DNA of 64,000 nucleotides, taken from Prasinococcaceae sp. CCMP 1430 (Eukaryota; Plantae; Prasinodermophyta). The stretch lies in contig RQSC01000024.1 in NCBI GenBank assembly GCA_013416795.1, positions 113,258 to 177,257 on the forward strand, given 5' to 3'. The stretch's first letter is position 1. Every line of letters begins with the position of its first letter. Shown here piece by piece: positions 33,889 through 45,453 of the stretch. The notes below the pieces were generated by a model. That model did no database searches. It saw nothing but the letters and a program-made list of their open reading frames with translations, and was not told the DNA's origin. A program made the translations under genes and the position numbers.

Positions 33889-34238
33889 CGATTTGACCCA
33901 CTGTCGCTCCAAAAAAAACACTCTGGTCGAATCTCGCACACTCCGTGCGTGCCATCTGACGGTCCATGGTATCATTCGCCGTGCGACTGCGTGGTTGTTC
34001 GCTCACAAATGCGTTTTGATGGCGCGGGGCGCGCGCGCGTGTTTGGGGGTGAACCCAAACACACGGCGTGCGATGCAGGCGAAATGCATGCTCGATCAGA
34101 TGTCAGCCGAGCACGAGTGGCATGGAATGTAAACCCTGATTGCGGGGCGGGCCGTTCCCCGCGCGCGCGTCGCCGGGCCGCGCGCGGTGGCGGGAAACGG
34201 CCACTTGGATAAGAAGGCATCGTGAACGTCATGGGCCC

Positions 34239-34268
34239 TTAGGGTTTTGTTATTAGGATTTAGGGTTA
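34239..34268 (+). repeat. Degenerate telomere-like cluster upstream of the USP gene
   Basis: TTAGGGTTTT...TTAGGATTTAGGGTTA. Confidence 0.55.
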
Positions 34269-34458
34269 TACCTGAACCCTACCTTCCGCCCGCCGCGCGG
34301 GCGCCACGTCAGCGTCAGTCAGCGGCGCGCGCTGCAGTGCGTGCTGCTTGGGGCACGCGCGCGTGCGCGGCGGGCGGGGGTCGGGCGAAAGACGGACGGG
34401 CCGCGGGCCACACCGCGCCGCAACGGAGGCCTCGCAGAGGCCAGGGCCAGGTACTCGT

Positions 34459-35903
34459 ATGGCGATGCGCTCGCTCACGGCGGCGATGGCCACGGCACGC
34501 TGCGTGTCCAACGCGACGTGCGCCGCCGCTGCGGCTGCTGTCAAGAGCCGCGCGTCCTGCAGCTCCTCGCCCGCAGTCTACAGGGCGGCCTGCACCGGCA
34601 TGAGCCCCGCTCGCGCGGCGAGGCGGGAGACTGCGCAGCGTCTGCCCCGCGTGCGTCAGCGCCAGCGCCGGGGAATGGTCACGCGCGCCGCGGCGAGCGG
34701 CGACGGAAGCGACGCCGACGGCGATGGGGCCGAGGATGACAGCGCGCTCAAGATGCGCCCGTCGGAGCGCTTCGCCACCTCCGATCAGACTTGGTGGAGC
34801 ATTGTCAGTCCAGCCGCGGCGGCGGCCGGTGCAACAGTGTCGGAGGTGCCCGAGGATAGCGCGATGCGCCATATTATGGTCGCCGTTGACGACACAGATG
34901 CATCAAGGGGCGCCGTGGAGTGGGCGGTGGCCAACCTCTCCAGGAAAGACGACATTTTCCTCCTGTGCCACGTTGTGCCCTTCGAGCAGACCGCCGCGTA
35001 CGCGTCGCAGGCGGGCGTTGGGAGCATCGACTTCGCAGGGCCAGGTCTGATGCGAGCGTCGGCGCTGCGTCCAGCCAGCGTTTAGTACTGTTGAGACTGA
35101 CACCCACAAACTGACAAAAGAAATTGTCGCCTCTGCCGGCAATGTGACGTTTTTGTCCCAGTCGTGCCTGCCGGTGCCCACCGTGAGTCTCGCTCGGACG
35201 CGCCTACCCTGGCGCGTGCGCGCGTCGTGTCTTCGTACGCGCAGCTGCGCAGCACACGCGCGCGAAATGCACGTGCTGGCGCGACGCGCAAACAAACAAT
35301 TGCAACTGTGTTTACGCACCCCTCGCACGGAACTGTGTCTCCACTTCAGCTCTGACCCGGCAGCTCTTCGCCCTTTCGCCACGTACTCGCTCGATCTTTC
35401 GAGGGCTGCCCTCAGACCCTTCGATGGTGATTACCCCAGTGCAACGCGAGGCACTAGTGAAGAAAGCGCTCGAGGCGAGCGAGCGCTCCATCATCGACCT
35501 CGCACAGCCGCTCTGCGACAAGGGCATCGCTGCAGAGGCGTGCGTCATCGTAGAAAAGGTAGTGCAATACGCGCAGCGTACTGCCCGCTGACAAGCGCCG
35601 ACACTTGCAGGCTCCCTATCCGGCGGTCGCCTGGCAAACTTCGTAGCCACCGAGATTGGCGTGTGCGCCCCTTTGCACTTTGCGTGCACGCTGACGACTG
35701 AGCGCGCGTCGCGTGCGATCTAGTCTTACGAGGACACAGCGCACTGCCTTGCCACCGTCGCCGACGACTATAACGCTGAGTGCATGGTCATCGGCAGCAC
35801 GGGCAAGTCATGGCTGGAGCGCCTCTTCCTGGGGAGCGTCTCGCACTACCTCATCCAGCACTACACCCACCCAGTGATCGTTGTTCCAGCGGGCTCGTCA
35901 TGA
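34459..35903 (+). CDS. Universal stress protein (UspA domain) with probable transit peptide; several introns, internal boundaries uncertain
   Basis: HIMVAVDDTDASRGAVEWA...LCHV; final exon MVIGSTGKSWLERLFLGSVSHYLIQH..PVIVV*. Confidence 0.85.
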
Positions 35904-36121
35904 GCTCAGCGACCATTGCCACATGCAACTCGCCGCCGGACCGGGCGGGAGCGGCGCTGCGGCACCGCCGCTCTTCACGCCAGGGGGAAAAGAGGCACCC
36001 CGTGCCTATCAGCCTTCGGTCGTAGTCGACCTCGCTACCCTCGGGGAGCGATGCCATCAGATAGACCACACGCGCACAGGCCGCCGTGCACCACTGGCAG
36101 CGCCAGGAGTGTCTTAGCGAG

Positions 36122-36229
36122 TGTGTACAGTGTATACTTGTCCTCAGATCGTGTCAGACGCCGAGCGTCTGACACGATCTGAGGACAAGTATACACTGTA
36201 CACAGAACGTCGTTTTTTTTTTTTTTTTT
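36122..36229 (+). other. Perfect 40-bp inverted repeat (36122-36161 / 36165-36204, 3-nt loop) followed by T17
   Basis: Arms checked base by base as exact reverse complements. Confidence 0.9.
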
Positions 36230-36403
36230 CGCGTCGAGCCCCGCTGCGTCGCTGCGTGCGCTGCAGGCCGCGCAAGGGCAGCCCGCAAACGGGCGCGCTC
36301 CACAGACGCGCGGTCGCGCAGGGGCGAGCCCGCCCCCGCAGCCCCGCTGGGGCTGCACAGCGTGCCGTCCGCGTCGCGGCGGGCGCTCACGGTGCGAGGG
36401 GCG

Positions 36404-39400
36404 ATGAGACAGGAGGGCGGCGGCGGCGGCGACGACGCAGCGGTCTGGGTGTTTGCGTACGGCAGCCTGGTGAACGCCGACTCGGCGGCGGCGCAGCTGG
36501 GGGCGGGCGGCGCGGCGGCGCAGGCGGCGCGTCTGCGCACCGAGGCGGGCTACGCCCGAGCGTGGAGCTTCCGCTCGCCCACCGGCTTCACCGCTCTGGG
36601 CGTCGCGGCGGCGGTCGATGCAGGCGCCGCGCGGCCTATCAACGGCGCTCTGCTGCGCGTCTCGGCCGCTGATCTGCCCGCGCTCGCAGCGAGAGAGAGC
36701 GGTTACGCGCGCGTGGAGCTCGATGCGGCCCTCTTCGAGCGGCCCGGTGCCGATGCCGACTCTGACGATGGCGCGCCGCCGCGACCCTGGCCGCGCGAGC
36801 GCGTCCATATGTGGGTGCCGGACGAGCATGGCTGCCCCTCGGAGGACTGTCCCATCCTCCAGTCCTACGTTGATGTATGCCTCCAGGGGTTCCTCGCGCT
36901 CGGCGGCGAGGTCTTCGCGCGCGAGTTCGTCGAGAGTACTGGCGGATGGTGCGAGTGGTTCCTCAACGACTGCGTGCAGAGCCGTCGCCCCTGGCTGCAC
37001 CGCGGCAAGGCATACGCGGAGCTGGACCGCGTGCTCGCGCAGAGCGCCGGGGTGAGTGCGAGCCGCCACCCCGAGGAGTTCGCCGCGTTGCAGCTGCGGA
37101 GACACGTCTCCTCCAAGCCCGCGCCGCGCAGCGATGGCGGCACTGAGGGAGCGGCGGCGGCGCACGCTCATGCTGGGGCAGCGGTGCAGGCGCGTGGGCT
37201 ATGGGGCGTGCCTGCTAGGAACTCGCTCTTCACCGGTCGCGAGGGCCTCCTTGAGGCAATGCGGAGCAGGTTGTGCCTCTCCAAGGGCGACTCGGCGCTG
37301 CCGTCAGTCATGAAGGCGCTGGCGGTTGTTGGCATGGGTGGCGTTGGCAAATCGCAGACTGTGGCCGAGTACGTGACTCGCTCCGCTGCCTGTCGCGCAC
37401 AGCGCGATATTGCGTCACACGCGTCCGCTCCCTGCGGTAGCACACCGGTCGCGCCTTGTCGCATGACCTCCGAACGACGCTGACGCGCGCTCTCGGCCCC
37501 ACAGGTTCTGCCACCGGTGTTATCCCTCAAACTTCGACCTCGTGCTCTACATCCGTGCCGAGACTCAGCAATCCATGGTATCAGACCTGCACCGCTTTGC
37601 GCGTGACGCCGGCCTCGGCGGCGATGGCTCGAGCGCGGACGAGATGCTGGAGGCGCTCAAGGCATTTCTGTTCCGCTGTCGCCTACGCTGGATGCTCGTC
37701 TTCGATAATGCGCAGGACCGCTCCTTTGAAGCGCACGTGCCGCGCGGCGGTGTGGCGGGCGGCGCCATCGTGTACACGTCGCAGGTCGATCTGGAGCAGG
37801 GGCGCGGCGGGCGTGCGGCGGAAGTCCTGCGCGTCGACTGTTTCAGCGCAGGGGAGGCAGTCGCCTTTCTGGAGCGGGCGTCGGGAGCGGCGTCGGAAGC
37901 GGCTGCATCTGAACGACTCGTCGAAAGGCTGGGCGCGCTCCCGCTCGCCCTTGGTGTTGCAGCGGCGTACATGCAAGTGAGCGATTGCTCTGTCGAGCAG
38001 TACCTGAAGAAGCTCAATGCAGGGGCGACGCGCGATATCGGCGGTGCCAACGGCGTGGTCGAGGACTCGCTCTTGCTGTCGCTCGAGCGCATTGTCGCAT
38101 CCGAGCGCCACGGTGCCGCCGCCAGGGACGCGCTGCATGCACTTGCCTTCGCCTCTCCCGACGACATTACCAAGGTGTTGCTGGACAATCTTCTAGCTGC
38201 GCTGGACGCCGCTTCCGAAGAGTGCGCTGACGGCGACACGCCGGTGCGCGCGGCCATCAGCGCGCACTTGCCGATGTGTGCCGCTGTCGCGGCCGGGGCG
38301 TTTGCAACGACGTGGCTCGCATGGCCACACAAGGACGCGCGCGGGCGGCGGCGGCGGCTTGTGGCGGCCGCAGGCGCTGCGGTGGCTTCGGGGGCGGGGA
38401 TTGCGGGCTGGTTCTGCTGGACGTCAGCACGTCTGCCGTCGGCGCAGCTGCCGTCGGTAGCGAGCTCGGACGACCTTGCGGCTTCCTCGAGCGGCGGTGA
38501 TCGCGTTGACTCTGTCTGGGCGACCCTGAAGCGATTCAGCCTCCTATCTGTCAAGGCGCAGCGCGGTAGCTCTGCCTCTGGCTCGCTGCACCGCCTCCTT
38601 GGCGACACACTGCGGGCGAGATTGGGCGCGAGTGGTTCCAGGCGTAGCCTGCGCGCCATGGTCACAGCCCTCACTCGCGCGTGGAACTTCCACGAGGACG
38701 ATCAGAGCACTTTCTCTGCGGCAGCTGGCCTGTCTGATCATATAGTCACTGCCTCCTCGTTCGCGCTGCGCGGCAACGCGCTCGCTACCGCCGAGCTGCA
38801 GGAACTCGCGGTGCTCCTTGCGGAGGTTGCGGCAGCGATGCAACTGCTTTCCCGATTTGGAGAGGCGGAGCAAGCTCTGCTGCAGGCGCTGAACGCGCAC
38901 GCCAAGCTGATGCGAGGGGGTGACGTGCCCGCAAGTGTTCTGGAGGTCGCCCGCGACGAGGTGCTGCAGGGCCTCGCTGGCGACGGCGCACACCGCGACG
39001 CGCGCACAGACCTTGCCCTCGGCAAGATCGTCCTGCAGATGTCCCGAGTGCTGCGCTACAAGTCAGCCCTCGAGTCTTCCGCACGATGCGCTGCCTTTGC
39101 GCTCGGCCTGTTCCAGCAAGAGGACGGGACCTTTGTGTGCGGCGATGGTGCGTTGCTTGCGTCGCTCCACTTCGAGTCGGGCGTCATTGCAACCAAGCAA
39201 CGAAAGCTGGAGCGGGCGAAGGAGCTGCTTGAGGTCAGCCTTAGATACTCGACTGGCGCGCACCAGCGCGCCAAGTGCAACCACCAGTTGGGGGTGGTTG
39301 CACTCTGCCAGCGCCCCAGACCGGACACAGCAACGGCAGAGCGGCTACTCAAGCGCTCGCTGCAACTCGAGGAAGGCCGTGGCGTGGAGGCCAGCCGCAC

Positions 39401-40331
39401 GGCGCGCGGCGCCACGCTGCAGCAGCTCGGCCGGGTGTACACGCGCGCGGGTGACTTTGGAAAGGCTCGCTCGGCGCTGGAGCTGGCGCTGGAGCTTGCC
39501 AGTGGTGCGACCGATTCGCAGAAGGCAGCCTCGCACACGCTCAACGTCGCTTCGGTGCGAGAGGCATTGGCAGCGTTGGCGGCAGATCAGCACAACTGGC
39601 CAGAGGCAAGGCTTCAACTGCGCCACGCGCTGGAGGTTCAAATTTCTGTGTGGGGACCAGTGCACATACATGTTGCGCGCACGCTCGGACGATTCGCCGA
39701 CGTCGAACGCGCAGCCGGCTCGCCGGGTATGGCATACGCGGCGCTGCTTGAGCAGCGTGCGCTGGCCCTCAAGCTCTGCCCGGCGCTCGAGCGGCAAGGC
39801 CAGCTGAGCGATGCGGAGGGCTTGTCGGAGGCATCCTTGGCTGGTGCCCGCGAGCTGCAGCGAGCGTGCGCGCAGCTGCGAAGCTGCGCACGGGCCCGCG
39901 GCGACAAGGCGTCGGCGTCGGCGTTCGGTGAGGAGGAGAAGCGCGCGCGGCGCCTGCTGGCGTTGCCACATCGGCGCGCAGAATCAGTAGCTGGCGGGCC
40001 GTGCGTGCGCGCGCGCGACCCGCAGCTGGTCGAGGCAGTTTGCGCGGCGCGTGCGGCGGCGAGGGCCGCCGCACGCGCCGCCACGAAGGCTGCGAGCGCA
40101 GTGCCGTCGCTTGAGGTGGAAGCTATCGTCGAAGCGCTCGAGGCGGCCCTCGCGGATGCGGCCCAGCATGGCGACAGCAACGAGACCCAGCGCGCCGCCC
40201 TGCTCAGCACTGGCGGAGCGCTCGCGCGTGCGCTGCGTGGCGCGAAGGGCGATACCGACGCATTGCTGGCCGCTTGCGACGGCGCGCGCGGCCGGCTCCG
40301 GGACGTCGGGGTGGCCGTGACGGACCGCTGA
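36404..40331 (+). CDS. NLR-like STAND protein: GGCT-like domain - NB-ARC - TPR - C-terminal helical domain; exons 36404-37368 and 37505-40331
   Basis: VFAYGSL (GGCT); P-loop GMGGVGKS; Walker B MLVFDNA; GALPLAL; SLHRL; TPR-like repeats. The intron GA|GTACGT...CTGAC...CACAG|G restores the frame (TVAEFCHR). Confidence 0.85.
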
Positions 40332-40838
40332 TCATGTAATACTGCATGTGCGCTCACACTCGTGCGTGGCGATGCCAGGAGCGCTGATACTCGCCGCCTC
40401 GTTTTACAGCGTGAGCACTGCGAAATGCGTGTCGAAGAGGAACTCAATGGCCCCAATGCGTCTGACCGTCGCATTATTCGTACACTGTGCGTATGCGATG
40501 CGCCGGAAAAATTACCCATCAAATACAAAGAGGCGCTGCGGTACGGCCGCGCGCGGCGCAGCGCGTAGAGCGCGCGGCGACCAGTGGGGCGGCGCGCCAC
40601 TCCCCCGCCGAGCGGGGCCCCCGCACCTCGAGCCGCACGCCCCCAACGGCGTGAGCACCGGGGCTGCGCGGCGAGGGGCAGGCGCGCCGCGCGCCGCGCA
40701 AAAAAAAAGCACAGGCGCAATCGCCGCTGCCGGTGCGCGGCACTCAGCGCATCACAGGCAGGCGGGAGGCGGGCGCGCCGCCGCACGCAGCGTGCTCGTC
40801 GGCGGCACACGGCGCGGCATCGGTGCCAAATAACGAGC

Positions 40839-43800
40839 ATGGGCGGGGACGGCGGCGGCGGCGGTGCACTCGCGGGGGGAGGCGCCGCAAATGGGCACGG
40901 CAGCGCGAATTTGGACAGCCCCAAACCCGGGCTCTCCTTTCGCTCGCTTGGATCATGGGATGGCGCCCTTGACAGGGCGCTCATCGCCAGGAGGGAACAG
41001 GGTCACGGGCAACGTGCCATCTCGAGGGGAAGCATGCTCATGCGCCCGAACAGTGGCAGTCATGATCTGGTGCGGTCGAACGCAGGTGGTGTGGCATGGT
41101 GGCGGTTCTGGCGCGGCTCCTCGGCGTCTGGCGAGCACGCAGGGCGCCGCCGATCTGGGCGCCGGCCCCGCTCGTGGATGGCGCTGAATGCGAAGTCCAA
41201 GCGCCTTGCCAGAGATCTGCGCGAGCCGCTCGTATACATGTTCTTCCTCGCATGCTTTGTGGTGATGATCCAACTCCTTCCCACGATCAGGTCATACGGC
41301 TCGCGCGAGCAAATTGAGGAAGAGGTTGGCGCGCTGCTCGAGATTGGCAATGGCCCGCCCGCGACTTCCAACGGCTTCGGCCCCAGCGGGCTGGGTACGA
41401 ATAGCCAGCCCGGAATGTGTCCCGCCGTGGTCTACAACTTTTGGGAGAACGAGATCCTCGATCCGGCTTTGGCTGTGAGCGCCACTAACAGGGCGTTCCA
41501 GTGGCTCGTGCAGGTGGGTCGGCTCTTCCATCGCCCAACGCAGTGCGAAGACTGCAGTTTCAAGGATGTGTCGCTCTACCGCCGATACGCGGGCATGGGC
41601 TCTTGGGTGGAGCTCGCGACGGCCGAGGGGCAGCCGTCTAACGTGGACATGCTGAGCTTCGGCGTAAATTTCTTCGACGCTTTGGACTATGATTTCACCG
41701 AAGGAGGACAGGAGAATGGCAACTTTAGGGCTGGTACGCGCGTCAACCGCACGCTTCTGGGCGAGCAGACCATGGAACCAGACCACTGGTACGGCGGTAC
41801 GAGCTACGGGTTTGCGCTCGGCCTCTCGACGAAGCTTCAGCATCTCATGGCCGGCCGCTGCAATGAGACCGGTGGCGTTGGCGCGGAGGGCAGCGACTGG
41901 CTCGCTTGCGAAATCGCCCGGTTCCAGAGCACGGCCTGGCTGTCTGCCAATGACATGTGCTCCCCATTCCAAGCCCTCAACCTCTTGAAGGGGGTCCAGC
42001 TGATGACTCAGAATGAGGACTGCGTAGGACCCACGTCCGCCGACACGACGTCCAGGTGCCCCATCGATATCAACATGCGCGTCCATGTGCTCGTCAAATC
42101 GACACCGCTCTCGGCCGCGGGCCTCGAGGCAATCGGACAGCAGGACGGGCTATGGGTGCTCATCACGTACGACGCCAACGACGACTCGGTGTCATATACG
42201 TTCGTGCCTGTCGATCTGTACCCCGGTGCTCAGGGCGACGGTGAGTTGTGCGCAAAGCGCGAGAGCAGCAGCATGTGGCTTTCGTCGCACTCGCGCGATT
42301 GCACGAATGCGCCCTCCGTCGCTTCTCGGCACGCCTGCGCTGTCACTGACATACGGCTATCGGCAATGATCAATTCGCTGTATGCCCTCCCCCCACCATC
42401 CTCGATTGTCGTCTGAACACGAACACGATGGTGCCAGCATTGCTCGCATTCCAAATATTATTTGTCATCTTCACTGTCTGGTTTCTGTGGAAGCCTATTG
42501 GTGGCAGGCTGTACCTGTACACCATCCGCCTGCGCTCGAGGGGCAGAAGCAAGGGCGGTATCCTCGGCTGGCTCAAGGCGATGTGGGATGCCCTGCTGCT
42601 CGCTTTCTCGCGCATGTGGTTCTGGCTCGACCTGTCGACTTTCGTTCTGATGGTGCTCACGATCATATTGTACGGCGTCTTTGTCCACCGTCACGGCGAG
42701 ATCCAAGACGACCTCCAACGGACGTCAGACGTGCTGCTCGCGGACACAGAAGGTGAATGGGAGCATAACACCTTACGCGTGTCCTGCTGTGGTAATTTTA
42801 CGGGGGACTCAGACAGGACGGCTACAGAGATCAAGAAGTCCTTCGTGTACTCCCCGGTCTGCTGCGCCAGTCCGCTGGGAACGTGCTGGAGCGTTTGCAG
42901 TGATGAAGACGTGGTCGCGCTCACCGAATGGCATGTGCAGGGAAACCTCACGCCGATGTGGCTGGCCGAGGACGTCTACGCCGCGGCCTTCGAACCAGCA
43001 GTGCTTGAAGGGTGGCTCGGTCCATCGTGGTTCTTTCCCAACGAGAGCGCGACTGTGGCCGACACCGGGGGGAGCGCCACTTCGGACGATGCGAATGCCT
43101 CCAGCAGCGGCAGCGATGCTGTAGGGACCTCTTTGGAGCGCAGCTGCCTAAGGCCAGTGGATGGCAACAACACCAACCCGAACGAGACCTGGTGCGGCAC
43201 AGACAATGGCTTCGGCTGCTGGTGCACGCCCGACTGCCTTGAAGCAGGCGATTGTTGCGACGATGTCAATCTCGTCTGCACGCAGTCGGCAAATCCGATC
43301 GATTGGGTGGCGTATGAGTTTGCCGTTGCCCTGCGATACCAGATGCGCCCGCCGCGGTACAGCATGAACCCGCGCGAATCCGCCGTGGCGAGCGGACTCG
43401 TCGAGGCAGCCGGGACCCAGCTAGTCCCAGGACAGCTTGACGCCCTGGCATGGTATGAAGCAAAGTCCTTGGAGTATGACACCTTGGCCGGGGCCATAGA
43501 GAACGCCTCGGACAAAGAGTACGACTTCGTCATCTGCTTGGCGCTCGTGAGCATCCTCTTGTTCGCACGGACCCTGAAGTACGCGTCGATCGACAGCCGC
43601 ATGTCGCTGCTTTTGCTTACCTTCGCCTACGCCGCTGGCTCCATCTTCTTCTTTCTGGTGACGTTCTGCTTGCTCTTCTTCGGATTCGTCTTTGCCGCGC
43701 AAATTTACAACGGGCGGTTACTGATCGAAGGGTACACGACTTTTTTTTTGGCCTTCACTAACTGCTTCAATCTGCTCTTCGACGCGTTTGACTCCAGCCT

Positions 43801-44866
43801 TTTCCCTCCCGCGAGCAGTTGGGTTTTCTGGATTTGGTGCGCTGCTACTCGCGCGTGCGCAAATCGCCGTGGTGTTCGTGCTAGGTCCTGATCGCGACGG
43901 CGCTGTGGCTAGAACTGACCCTCGTTCGCCGGCTGGGCCCCCGCTCTTCGTTGCAGGTACTTCTCATTCATGATTTTCCTGACATTAGTGGAGCTTAACT
44001 TAATAGTTGCGATTCTCGTGGGCGCTTTCGACGCGGCCAGGGAGCACGCCGCATCGAAACATGTACCGGAGAGGACAATCGGCGCGACTGTCACCGAGTA
44101 TCGACTCTTGCGCCGGGCCACGCGCCTGCAGGCAGACGGGGTGCGTTCGCGCTCACTAGTGTGCCGTTGCGCACAGTAGCTGCTGCCTATCTATTGCGCA
44201 TGACGAGTGGGCAAGCCCAGCCAGATTTGCTCCTGCCACATGCGGCCCACACAATGCGCTCTCTCGGTCGCTGACACCAGATCTCTGAGCCAGAGCGTGA
44301 ACACGGGTGCGGTGTACAGCTTCTACTCAGGCCGCGACGAGGACGAGGTTGAGCGCGCGGCTGTGACGATTCAACGGCGTCTGCGGGGATACCGAGTCCG
44401 ACGCCAGATGCTGGAGGACACTGGCGCATGCTTTACTCGCAACCTCGACATTGCACAAGCTGCTCGTCGCGCCTCTGAACTCAAAGAAGCGGAGATGGCC
44501 CGTGCCGCAGCTGAAGCGCGCGCTAACGATGAGCGAAGCAGCGTCCTGGCCCTGGCGTTGCGCCGCCTGCAGACGTCGGTCGAGCGAATCGAGCAGGAGG
44601 TGAGGGACACGCGCGCTGAGATGCGGCGCACCTTCGCGTCTGGAGGGGGCATGGCGTCGCAGCCGCCTGGCATCGACGAGATCAACGGCCCGTCTGCACC
44701 CTCGGCGACCGCACGCCACCGGGGGCGAGGGCTCGATGCCGCCGGCGCCAACGCGCCAACGCACCAGCACTTCATGGCAGACGGCGCGCCTTCACCCGCG
44801 CCGCAGCACCTGTCGCTCGCGGGCATCCCAAACAGCAAGCGAGCGGGCGCGTGCTCTATCATGTAA
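40839..44866 (+). CDS. Polycystin-2/TRPP-like cation channel with somatomedin-B insert and IQ motif; introns 42241-42437, 43837-43956 and approx. 44141-44280
   Basis: Six-TM layout with a large S1-S2 loop, S4 LFARTLKY, pore segment FTNCFNLLFDAFD, S6 LNLIVAILVGAF, and IQ motif IQRRLRGYRVR. Confidence 0.75.
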
Positions 44867-45063
44867 TTCATATTCAGATATATTTTAACCATGGGAGAGT
44901 CATTTGAATGTCGCAAAAGGGGATCGCAACGCTGCGCGTGCGGGCGCGCGCGTGCGCTCGCTCGCGTATCGACTCTCATATCACGAGCCTGACTCTCCCG
45001 TTAGTATATCAGACCTCGCATGCCTTGTAGATCCTGTACTGCTGGGTGCCTCTCCGTCAACGC

Positions 45064-45132
45064 CCTCCGCGGTCTCCCGCTCGTCCACGCCGTGGACGGT
45101 GGCGATGGCCGCGTCGCTCATCCGCTGGCCCA
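45064..45132. repeat. 69-bp direct repeat, copy A (copy B at 48418-48486)
   Basis: 65/69 identity by manual alignment. Confidence 0.9.
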
Positions 45133-45453
45133 CGCGGTAGACGGCTCCGTCCGAGAGCCCGACGAAGTGCTCACATGTACCCACGGGCGACATTTGCACC
45201 GATATCGACATCAAATCGCATGCGCCGAATGCCCCGAATGCAGTTTGATGTATTCGCGGTCGCGACCGATGTGACAGCGGCGCCTTTTTTGGCGCGCGCC
45301 CGCGGCCGTGGCGGGGCGCCACTGTGCGCGCGCTGGCAGCCCCCCCCCCCACACCCCCCACCCGACAACGACAGCCTCTCCCGAGTCAGCCGCCGCACCG
45401 GACGCGCGCGCGCGCACACACGCACGCGTGCTTACGCATTCGTGCAGTCGACG

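Noticed and set aside
44893-44999. 10-bp inverted repeat GGGAGAGTCA/TGACTCTCCC as a MITE
   Set aside because: No TSD and no second copy in the window; too short to support.
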